Source: Deltaproteobacteria bacterium (GTDB taxonomy: Bacteria; Desulfobacterota; G020345765). From it: a stretch of DNA of 64,000 nucleotides. Both the position numbers and the translations under genes were made by a program. The stretch covers positions 2,868,612 to 2,932,611 of the forward strand of contig CP070770.1 of the NCBI GenBank assembly GCA_020345765.1, given 5' to 3'. Below, piece after piece: positions 49,195-57,298 of this stretch (its first letter is position 1; each line of letters starts with the position of its first letter). A model generated the notes under the pieces. It saw nothing but the letters and a program-made list of their open reading frames with translations. It ran no database searches and was not told the origin of the DNA.

Positions 49195-50463
49195 ATGGAT
49201 TTTGTTAAAGAGGAATTGGAAGAGATAAAGAAAAAAGGGCTTTACCGGAGCCTGCGGTTAATCGAAGGGGAACAGGGGCCGGAGGTCAGCTTTAATGGCA
49301 GGCGGATAGTGATGCTTTGCTCCAATAACTATCTGGGCCTGGCTAATCATCCCCGGGTGAAAGAGGCGGCGATCGAAGCGGTGAGAAAATATGGCTGTGG
49401 CTCCGGGAGCTCGCGGCTCATTTCGGGGAATATGGAGCTGCATCAGGAATTGGAGAGAAAGATCGCCAGTTTCAAACACGCGGAGGCTGCTTTAGTCTTT
49501 GGCTCCGGTTATCTGTGTAATTTAGGAGTTATCGATTCATTAATGGGAGAAGATGATGTTATCTTGAGCGATGAGCTTAACCATGCCAGCATTATTGACG
49601 GAGCCCGACTCTCCCGGGCCCGGGTAAAGATTTATCCCCACAAGGACTTGAATGTCCTGGAAAAGGAACTGAAACAGCTAAAGGGTTATCGTCGGAAATT
49701 GGTCGTCACCGATGGGGTCTTCAGTATGGATGGCGATATCGCACCGCTTCCGGGGATAGTGGAACTGGCAAAAAAATATAAGGCAATGACCATGGTGGAT
49801 GAGGCTCATGCCACCGGGGTAATGGGGCAGAATGGGAGGGGATGCGTAGAGCACTTTGACCTTGAAGGAAAGGTAGATATCCAGATGGGGACTCTGGGAA
49901 AGGCTCTGGGAAGCCTGGGTGCCTATGTTGCCGGGGAAAAGAAGCTAATCGATTTCTTGATTAATCGGGCCCGGGGTTTTATCTATACCACCGCCCTCCC
50001 TCCCCCGTTATGTGCCGCGGCGATAACTGCTATCGAGATTATTACCCAGGATCGTCAGCTACGCAATAGACTATGGGAGAATGCAAAGTTTTTAAAAGAG
50101 GGACTTCAAAAAATAGAACTCCCGGTAGGTAACCCGGAGACGCCAATAATCCCTATTGTTATCGGAGAATCATCAACTACAATGAGGATGTGCGAGATTC
50201 TTCTGCAATCCGGGGTTTATGCCCAGGGAATTCGTCCCCCCACGGTCCCGGAAGGAAGCTCCCGCATCCGCACCACGGTGATGGCCACCCATAATCAGGA
50301 ACATCTAATCAAAGCTTTGGAGGCATTCAAGGCGGTGCGGGGGGGACTAATTCAGGGAAGAGCAGGGAGTGGCAGGGGGGAGCAGGAAAAGCAGGGATTT
50401 GAGCAGTTTAATCCTTTCATCTGTCTCATGGGGGATTTTTTATGGTTTCAGCAGATAAGTTAA
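49195..50463 (+). CDS. bioF: 8-amino-7-oxononanoate synthase
   Basis: From ATG 49195 (MDFVKEELEEIKKKGLYR). The PLP lysine context is MGTLGKALG. About 35 extra C-terminal residues overlap the bioA start. Confidence 0.85.
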   Translation: MDFVKEELEEIKKKGLYRSLRLIEGEQGPEVSFNGRRIVMLCSNNYLGLANHPRVKEAAIEAVRKYGCGSGSSRLISGNMELHQELERKIASFKHAEAALVFGSGYLCNLGVIDSLMGEDDVILSDELNHASIIDGARLSRARVKIYPHKDLNVLEKELKQLKGYRRKLVVTDGVFSMDGDIAPLPGIVELAKKYKAMTMVDEAHATGVMGQNGRGCVEHFDLEGKVDIQMGTLGKALGSLGAYVAGEKKLIDFLINRARGFIYTTALPPPLCAAAITAIEIITQDRQLRNRLWENAKFLKEGLQKIELPVGNPETPIIPIVIGESSTTMRMCEILLQSGVYAQGIRPPTVPEGSSRIRTTVMATHNQEHLIKALEAFKAVRGGLIQGRAGSGRGEQEKQGFEQFNPFICLMGDFLWFQQIS

Positions 50464-51821
50464 AAGAGCGGAACCAAAGACTGGAAGAGGAAGATAAGAC
50501 CTATATCTGGCATCCCTTTACCCAGATGAAGGATTGGATCGAGGAACAGCCTCTGATCATCGAGAAGGGAAAGGGATGCTACCTGATCGATATTTACGGA
50601 AATCGCTACCTTGATGGGGTTTCTTCCATTTGGGTGAACATTCATGGACACCGTCGCCCCGAGATCGACCGTGCGATCAGCGATCAGCTGAAGAAGATAT
50701 CCCACTCCACCTTATTGGGCCTCTCCAGCACTCCGGCTATCCGGTTGGGCAGGAAACTTGTGGAGATTGCCCCGAAGGGTCTGAAAAAAGTTTTTTATTC
50801 GGATAACGGTTCGACCGCGGTAGAGATAGGCCTGAAGATTGCCTTACAGTACTGGCAGCAGAAGGGGGAGAAATTTAAGGGGAAAACAAAATTTATCTCC
50901 TTTACTAATGCCTATCACGGGGATACCCTGGGCTCGGTCAGCGTCGGTGGCATTGACCTTTTCCATCAGATCTTTGAACCCCTTCTCTTTCCAACATTCA
51001 AGGCGGAATACCCTTACTGTTACCGTTGTTCCCAGGGAAAGGGATACCCTTTGTGTGATCTTGCTTGCCTCGAGCAGGCAAGAGAGATGATCAAGGCTCA
51101 CCACGAGGAGATTGCCGCCCTGATCATCGAGCCTCTGGTTCAGGGGGCAGCCGGGATGATTGTCTCGCCCCCCGACTTTCTAAGAAGGCTCCGGGAGATC
51201 TGCACCGAAAATAATATTTTGATGATTGCCGATGAAGTTGCTACCGGCTTCGGCCGCACCGGCAAAATGTTTGCCTGTGAACATGAAGGGGTAAGCCCGG
51301 ATATAATGGCAGTAGCCAAGGGGATTACCGGGGGGTATCTGCCCCTGGCGGCTACCCTGACTACCGATGAAATCTACCAAGGATTCTTGGGAGAGTACCG
51401 GGAGAAGAAAACCTTCTTCCACGGCCACAGTTATACCGGGAACTCACTTTCATGTGCGGCCGCCCTTGCCAGTCTGGAAATATTCGTCAAGGAAAAGGTT
51501 TTGGAAAAACTGGCGGATAAGATTGTCTTCCTTACCGAGAGATTAAAAAAGTTCAATCAGCTCTCTCGGGTAGGCGAGGTTCGCCAGAAAGGATTCATGG
51601 TGGGGATTGAATTGGTTAGGGATAAAGTAACCAGGCAGGAGTATGAGTTCGAAGAGAAGATAGGGATCAGGGTTACCGGTGAGGCCCGAAAAAGAGGCCT
51701 GATTATTCGTCCCCTGGGGAATGTCATCGTCCTGATGCCTCCGTTAAGCATCAGTTTAAGGGAATTGGGTGAGGTTGTTGATATTACTTATGAGTCGATA
51801 AAAAGTATCACGGAACAGTAG
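50442..51821 (+). CDS. bioA: adenosylmethionine-8-amino-7-oxononanoate aminotransferase
   Basis: 459 aa. It is a class-III aminotransferase with IADEVATGFGRTGKMFA and MAVAKGITGGYLPL motifs. Confidence 0.9.
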   Translation: MVSADKLKERNQRLEEEDKTYIWHPFTQMKDWIEEQPLIIEKGKGCYLIDIYGNRYLDGVSSIWVNIHGHRRPEIDRAISDQLKKISHSTLLGLSSTPAIRLGRKLVEIAPKGLKKVFYSDNGSTAVEIGLKIALQYWQQKGEKFKGKTKFISFTNAYHGDTLGSVSVGGIDLFHQIFEPLLFPTFKAEYPYCYRCSQGKGYPLCDLACLEQAREMIKAHHEEIAALIIEPLVQGAAGMIVSPPDFLRRLREICTENNILMIADEVATGFGRTGKMFACEHEGVSPDIMAVAKGITGGYLPLAATLTTDEIYQGFLGEYREKKTFFHGHSYTGNSLSCAAALASLEIFVKEKVLEKLADKIVFLTERLKKFNQLSRVGEVRQKGFMVGIELVRDKVTRQEYEFEEKIGIRVTGEARKRGLIIRPLGNVIVLMPPLSISLRELGEVVDITYESIKSITEQ

Positions 51822-52562
51822 ATGAAACATGGATTGTTCATAACCGGAACCGATACCGGAGTAGGGAAAACCCTGGTCACCGCCGCACTCGCTTCCCTAC
51901 TTCGGGCGGAAGGAATAGATGTAGGAGTAATGAAGCCGGTCGAAAGCGGTTGCCCGCGGCAGAAAGGGAAGCTTGTGCCCCAGGACGCCCTTTTTTTGCG
52001 GGAGGCAGCCGGGAGCGAGGATGACCTGGAGCTGATCAATCCCTGCCGACTCGAAGCCCCTTTAGCTCCCAGCCTGGCGGCGGAAAGAGAGGGGGTGGAG
52101 ATTAACCTGGGAAAACTGATTGAGTGCTTTCAGACATTGAAAGAAAGACATGATTTTATTTTAGTTGAAGGGGCCGGGGGGCTGCTGGTTCCACTCAAGG
52201 AAAGGTATCTGGTTTCCGATCTTGTTCAGCTATTCCAGCTTCCCCTCCTGATAGTCGCTGCCTCCCGGCTGGGGGCAGTCAACCATACCCTGTTGACAAC
52301 AAGATGCGCCCAGTCCCTTAAGATCGAGATAGTCGGAGTAATCCTCAATAATCTGGAGGAGGAAGGAGATACAGCATCCCGGAGTAATCCCCATCTGCTC
52401 CCGCATTTACTGGAAGTTCCCCTCCTTTGTGTGATCCCCTTTATTCCCCGGATTCACGAATTGAAGAAAGAAAAGCTGGCGGGTCTAATTAAAGAAAGGA
52501 TCAGTCTTTCTGTGCTCGTGGGAGGTCCAGAGCAATCAAACCCTGATCCCGGAATTTCTTGA
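51822..52562 (+). CDS. bioD: dethiobiotin synthase
   Basis: 246 aa. P-loop FITGTDTGVGKT. The start abuts the bioA stop. Confidence 0.85.
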   Translation: MKHGLFITGTDTGVGKTLVTAALASLLRAEGIDVGVMKPVESGCPRQKGKLVPQDALFLREAAGSEDDLELINPCRLEAPLAPSLAAEREGVEINLGKLIECFQTLKERHDFILVEGAGGLLVPLKERYLVSDLVQLFQLPLLIVAASRLGAVNHTLLTTRCAQSLKIEIVGVILNNLEEEGDTASRSNPHLLPHLLEVPLLCVIPFIPRIHELKKEKLAGLIKERISLSVLVGGPEQSNPDPGIS

Positions 52563-53535
52563 TGATCTTGATCACCTGGGATGACTTAATCGGGCTGATG
52601 GCAACGATTGCCTTGATACTCTTAGCACCGTCAATCCGGGAGATTATAAAGCCGGCCTGGGAAGGAAAGCTCTTTTGCTCGAGTTCCTTTTTGGCAATAA
52701 TCAGATGGGGAACCAATTTGATATCGATCCCCTCGATCTCCGGTGGGTAAACATTTGCTTCCAAAGACTGCGGATCAAGGGCGGTTATTTTAGTAATTAC
52801 ATCTTCATCCGGGGCAAAACAATATTCGTCTTCCACGATGTGGCTTGTATCGATCCAGCCATTGTTGTAAAGCTCATAGAGTTGAGAATAAAAGGGAAAC
52901 GGGAGAATATGAAGCCGGTAGATCATCTCCCCGATAGTCTTGCCTTCCATAATTAGTTCCTCAATGGCTTTTCCCTTTAGAAGACCGGAGGGCAGTTCAG
53001 CGTCATCCCTTTTAAGCTTGAGTACGGTCTCATCGGAGGTGAAGATTTGTCGGAACCGCTTCCATTCATCACTGCGATACGTACCCTCCATCGCGATGCT
53101 GTCTGGGTTGATAGAGACCCGGATTTTTAGATCCGGGGGGAGCTCGTCTTCAAGGAAGATGAAATAGCCGTCATCCCAGACAAAGATGTCGTAGATAGTT
53201 TCCACCACCTTAATCGAGAGGACATCGCTTATCTGGCGCTCATTCATCAGGCCGGTCATTACCAGAATGTCACCAATATGAGCCTTGGTTTCCGTCTGGG
53301 TTTCCAGGGCCAGGATCAGGTCAATCTCCCCCATTCTTCCGTAGCTGAGCAGAAATTGTCCCAGGTACTCCCGGGGATTATTGGAGTTGGATGAGATGAT
53401 CGTTCCTTCCTGGAAATAGACCCATTTGATCCATTCTTGCCACTGGATGACCATGGTGCCCGTCTTTCTGGATGCCCCTATCCACTGGATAAGGTCAGCG
53501 AGACTCATGGTAGATAATGTTCCTTCTAAGGCCAT
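52501..53535 (-). CDS. DUF4388-domain protein with C-terminal GFxxSRxDG module
   Basis: 344 aa. The N-terminus LEGTLSTMSLADLIQWIGASRKTGTMVI...VYFQEGTII fits the DUF4388 pattern. The C-terminus is QAGFIISRIDGAKSIKAIVAISP...IKKFRDQGLIAL. Confidence 0.7.
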   Translation of the reverse strand: MALEGTLSTMSLADLIQWIGASRKTGTMVIQWQEWIKWVYFQEGTIISSNSNNPREYLGQFLLSYGRMGEIDLILALETQTETKAHIGDILVMTGLMNERQISDVLSIKVVETIYDIFVWDDGYFIFLEDELPPDLKIRVSINPDSIAMEGTYRSDEWKRFRQIFTSDETVLKLKRDDAELPSGLLKGKAIEELIMEGKTIGEMIYRLHILPFPFYSQLYELYNNGWIDTSHIVEDEYCFAPDEDVITKITALDPQSLEANVYPPEIEGIDIKLVPHLIIAKKELEQKSFPSQAGFIISRIDGAKSIKAIVAISPIKSSQVIKIIKKFRDQGLIALDLPRAQKD

Positions 53536-53545
53536 TTTCCTTACA

Positions 53546-54301
53546 CTAACCGGCGGGGTTTCGGGTTAACTCCTGGCTGATAAAGGTAGGCGGTCGGGCC
53601 TCAATCTCCCTCTTTACCGTCTCATACTTATCCTTGGTGCCCAGATCTACCCAGTATCCTTCCATTTGGTATCCATAGACTCTTTTGCCCTTCCGGATCA
53701 ACTCGATATAGGTATCATTTATTGAGGAGAAGATGTCGGCAGGGATGTATTGAAAGATCTCGGGCTCGAAGATATGGATCCCGGTAAACATGAATTGTTT
53801 CAGATCCTGCCCGGATTCATCAGGAATTTTGTCCAGGAATTGCCGAATTCTACCCTCCCGATCGATCTCGATGACACCATAGGAATCTTTGTTTTCCTCA
53901 CTGCGTAGTACCATCGTAGCTAATGCTTTCTTTTTCTGGTGAAAATCCATTGCCCCGTTCAAGTCGAAGTCAACCAGAATGTCACAGTTAATAACCAAAA
54001 ATGTATTTTTTGGGAAAAATCCCTCCACTTTTTTAATTCCACCTCCGGTGCCGAGGATCTCCGGTTCGTCAGAGTAGCTTATCTGGAGTCCGAGCTGGGA
54101 GCCGTCTCCTAGTTCTTCTTTAATGGACTGGGGATGATGGTGGAGATTAATAATGATCTCATTGAACCCCCATTTCTTTAAGAAAGCAAGGGTGTAGTTT
54201 ATTTAGGGACGGCCGGAAAGGGGAAGGAGAGCCTTGGGAATCCCTTTGGTCAGCGGAAGCAAACGGGTACCATAACCGGCAGCCAGGATCATTGCCTTCA
54301 T
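53546..54301 (-). pseudogene. MurU-like sugar-1-phosphate nucleotidyltransferase interrupted by an in-frame TAA at codon 33
   Basis: From ATG 54301: [32 protein letters not shown], then TAA (complement of 54203-54205), then INYTLAFLKKWGFNEIIINLHHH...GTGGGIKKVEGFF... in the same frame, running into the 53546..54028 ORF. Homologs have Leu at the stop position (GxPLI). Confidence 0.6.
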
Positions 54302-54322
54302 ACTTTCTCTCCGCACTGACTT

Positions 54323-55435
54323 TTACCTAAATTCTTCCACATATTTCTCCAATACCTGTTTCAACTCTTTTAGATAGTCATACTTATCTAAATTCTTCTT
54401 GACATAACCTAAGGTGGGAGCAATGTACTTGAGATAACGGTCGTTGTTTTTAGCCAGGTTGATATACCCAAACCTACCGGCGGCCTTCAGGTTCCGCTGA
54501 ATACTGGTTAGATCAAAGAGTTCCCGGAACTCGGTGCGGTCGATCCGGATCCCCTCGATGTCTTCCTTTCCGTCCAGGTAATAGTGGATCATTTCATCGA
54601 TAAAACTCTCCTCTAGGGTCAGGTAGGAATCCCTGAGCAGAGAGGCGAGATCATACTGACAGGGCCCCAAAAGGGCATCCTGAAAATCAAGGATTTTAAT
54701 CTGTTCGTTCTGAACGATCAGGTTACGACTGTGATAATCACGATGGGTGAAATAACGGGGCTGGCTCGATAGCCTCTCAGAGATCTGCTTAAAACTTCTT
54801 TGGATTATTTTTCGGTCCCTATTGGGAACCTCTATGCCGTGAAGTTTCTCAATTCCATATTCAAGGAAGTGCTCAAACTCCCACATAAAAAGTTGGGTAT
54901 TAAAGGCCTGACGAAAGGCAAAGCAATGGGCGTCCTTCCTTTCAGTCCCCCGGAACTGAAGCTTGATCAGCTCATCAACGGCCTTCCGATAATACTTTCT
55001 CTGGATTTTCCGTTCCTTTCCCTTAACCTTTTCCTCCAAAAGGGTTTCGCCTAGGTCCTCCAGAAACAGGAGGCCCCGGCCTTCATCGTAATGATAGAGC
55101 CGGGGGACATTGAGCCCGCAGAGATGGAGATGCCTTAAGATATTAATGAAGGGGAGCTCGTCAAAGGTTTGGGATATGGTCGATATTTCCTCGGAGACAA
55201 TTTGAGGATCAGGTTGATTAAGTTTCATCAGGATTATAGAGTTCTGCCCACAACCCGCTACCGCATCCCGGAGCCTGACCCGATAGTAGCTCCGATTAGA
55301 GGCATCCCCGGCCAGCCTTTCCAGCTCTATATCCTTTACCGAGGGAACTAAGGATTCCCTGATTGATTGGATTACTATGCGCTTCATTTGATTGAGATTA
55401 TCAAAAATTTTACTACCCAACCTAATCTCTGTCAA
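54323..55435 (-). CDS. aminoglycoside-phosphotransferase-fold kinase, AmgK (anomeric MurNAc/GlcNAc kinase)-like
   Basis: 370 aa. It has the Brenner motif HRDYHSRNLIV and ILDFQDALLGP. It lies directly upstream of the MurU-like gene, as in the AmgK-MurU pair. Confidence 0.65.
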   Translation of the reverse strand: MTEIRLGSKIFDNLNQMKRIVIQSIRESLVPSVKDIELERLAGDASNRSYYRVRLRDAVAGCGQNSIILMKLNQPDPQIVSEEISTISQTFDELPFINILRHLHLCGLNVPRLYHYDEGRGLLFLEDLGETLLEEKVKGKERKIQRKYYRKAVDELIKLQFRGTERKDAHCFAFRQAFNTQLFMWEFEHFLEYGIEKLHGIEVPNRDRKIIQRSFKQISERLSSQPRYFTHRDYHSRNLIVQNEQIKILDFQDALLGPCQYDLASLLRDSYLTLEESFIDEMIHYYLDGKEDIEGIRIDRTEFRELFDLTSIQRNLKAAGRFGYINLAKNNDRYLKYIAPTLGYVKKNLDKYDYLKELKQVLEKYVEEFR

Positions 55436-55490
55436 ATCCCAGATTCGTAGTCCATCGGAATACAGAAACTTACTGTTTCAATTAATATAA

Positions 55491-55515
55491 TGTCTCATTT
55501 ATATTTAATGAGACA
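55491..55515. promoter_or_regulatory. perfect inverted repeat TGTCTCAT-N9-ATGAGACA (second copy of the candidate UAS)
   Basis: TGTCTCAT is at 55491-55498 and ATGAGACA at 55508-55515. A further TGTCTCAT at 55626-55633 is partnered with ATGAGAAT at 55647-55654. Confidence 0.5.
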
Positions 55516-55741
55516 CTTTATGCCTATTAATTTATCTGGATCTATTATTCCCCCCATAATATACCATATTTCTTGGGGGTATTCAGCTTGTTCGGAAGTA
55601 TCTTTCTGGAGACTGTATATTAAACTGTCTCATTTAGAATAATTAAATGAGAATTGCCTGATTTTTTATTTACATAAATAAATTATATTAATATCTTTAT
55701 TTTCAAATAGTTAGAAAAAGCGATTAGGATTGTGACAGGTT

Positions 55742-55757
55742 TGGCATACTCTTTGCC
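55742..55757 (+). promoter_or_regulatory. sigma-54-type promoter TGGCAT-N5-TTGCC
   Basis: GG is at 55743-55744 and GC at 55755-55756. It is preceded at the same 25-nt gap by ATATCTTTATTTTCAAATAGTTAGAA (55691-55716). That block matches 18768-18793 at 25 of 26 positions. Confidence 0.6.
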
Positions 55758-55933
55758 AATAATAGAATTGAACGTTAAGAAAGGCAAGTTTTTCCGTAGA
55801 GTCATAAAGTTACATAAAATTACTCTAAGTAGGGTAAGAGAGCTTTTTCACCTATATCACTCTTCCTGAGCCAATCAAATGGGCTGATATAATTGAGTAT
55901 AAGTGGCAAGAGTAGAGCAAGGCGACTTTTTTC

Positions 55934-55962
55934 TTGACAAAAGACGCAAAATTTTATATAAA
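55934..55962 (+). promoter_or_regulatory. sigma-70-like promoter (TTGACA-N17-TATAAA)
   Basis: TTGACA is at 55934-55939 and TATAAA at 55957-55962, about 70 nt upstream of the J-protein ATG. Confidence 0.5.
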
Positions 55963-56030
55963 AAGTTGCACCCTTGTGTAATCAGTTAAAAAATTTGTTC
56001 TTCTATCCGATTCGGAAAAAGTATTAATAT

Positions 56031-57272
56031 ATGCAAGAGAAAGATCTTGTCATAGGGTCGGAAACCCTGAAGTATCGACCGAGAATCAACCAGTCTCTGG
56101 ATCTCCGCAAACTTAGCATTGATCCTAAGGAAGGATTTCTTCTTTCGAGGGTAGATGGTAACACCAGTGTGGAACAACTCCTGATGGTGAGCGGTATGGA
56201 TCGGGAGGAGACAATGCAATCCCTGTCTAAGCTTCTCAAACAGGGAATAATTTTCTTCGCAGAGAAACTGAAGGAAAAAACCGAGAGAAAAGAACAAGGA
56301 GCACCGTATAGTCAGGTAAAGGGCAAGAAAGCCGAGAAAGAGGAAGATTGGGTAGTAGATGAGGGGGTGGAGATTTCTGAGAAAGATAAGGAGAAGATCC
56401 ATTCCACTTACAAATCTCTGGGTAATCTTAATTATTATAAGATCCTGGGAATTGAAAAGGGTGCCGATCAGCGAAAAATCAAGAGTGCTTATTTCAGCCT
56501 TTCCCGGGAGTTTCACCCGGATCGCTACTTCCGTAAATCCATCGGTAGATATAAGAGCATGTTGGAGAATATTTTCAAGAAGGTTTCCGAAGCCTATGAG
56601 ATACTCTATGATCCCCATTCTCGGGAGGAGTATGATAAGAGCATCATATCCGATATATCCGAGGAGAAGATAATCGAGGCCCGGAAACAATCGGAGAAGC
56701 CGATCCGGAAAGGGCATCATCTGGACAAGGCACTCCAGCCAATTATAGAGAGAATGGGTAAGGCCAAAGGCTTTTATAAGACGGGGAAGAAAGATGTTCT
56801 CGATAAAAATTATAAGTCTGCTAGTGTAAACTTCAAGCTGGCCGTCGCTTACGATCCTTACAATGAGCAGTATAAGGAGAGCTTGGCCGAGGCTCAGGAG
56901 ATTGTTAAGAAGCAGGAGTCGGAGAAGCTGATAAGGAGGGCTGCCTTTGAGGAAGAGGTTGGCAGGTTCGCCGATGCCCTGAAACTTTTGGAGCAAGTGG
57001 TTCAGATCACCTCGGACAATCCCGAGCCCTATCACAAGATGGCACAGTTACTTCTTAATCATAACCGGGATCTCCGTCAGGCGAAGAACTACTGCCTTCG
57101 GGCAATAGACATGGATTCAGATAATACCGAGTATTATCTGACCCTCGGATCGATTTACGAAGCTGCCGGGCTTTTCCGCAATGCCGCCCGGGAGTTCCAG
57201 AAGGTATTAAATTTAGATAAGGGAAATTCTGAGGCCCAGGAAGGTTTGAAGAGGTTAAAGAAATTCCACTAA
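56031..57272 (+). CDS. J-domain protein with N-terminal GFxxSRxDG module and C-terminal TPR repeats
   Basis: 413 aa. It has KEGFLLSRVDGNTSVEQLL...LLKQGIIFF (aa ~33-76). The J domain is NYYKILGIEKGADQRKIKSAYFSLSREFHPDRY, with an intact HPD. The C-terminus has TPR-like repeats. Confidence 0.8.
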   Translation: MQEKDLVIGSETLKYRPRINQSLDLRKLSIDPKEGFLLSRVDGNTSVEQLLMVSGMDREETMQSLSKLLKQGIIFFAEKLKEKTERKEQGAPYSQVKGKKAEKEEDWVVDEGVEISEKDKEKIHSTYKSLGNLNYYKILGIEKGADQRKIKSAYFSLSREFHPDRYFRKSIGRYKSMLENIFKKVSEAYEILYDPHSREEYDKSIISDISEEKIIEARKQSEKPIRKGHHLDKALQPIIERMGKAKGFYKTGKKDVLDKNYKSASVNFKLAVAYDPYNEQYKESLAEAQEIVKKQESEKLIRRAAFEEEVGRFADALKLLEQVVQITSDNPEPYHKMAQLLLNHNRDLRQAKNYCLRAIDMDSDNTEYYLTLGSIYEAAGLFRNAAREFQKVLNLDKGNSEAQEGLKRLKKFH

Positions 57273-57298
57273 GGTCAAGTTAGAGAGGAAGAAAGGCA

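Noticed and set aside
55986-57035. 349-aa minus-strand ORF opposite the J-domain gene
   Set aside because: It fully overlaps the plus-strand ORF, which has a clear J domain (HPD) and TPR repeats. The minus-frame product is Leu/Ile-rich with no motif. It is a shadow ORF.
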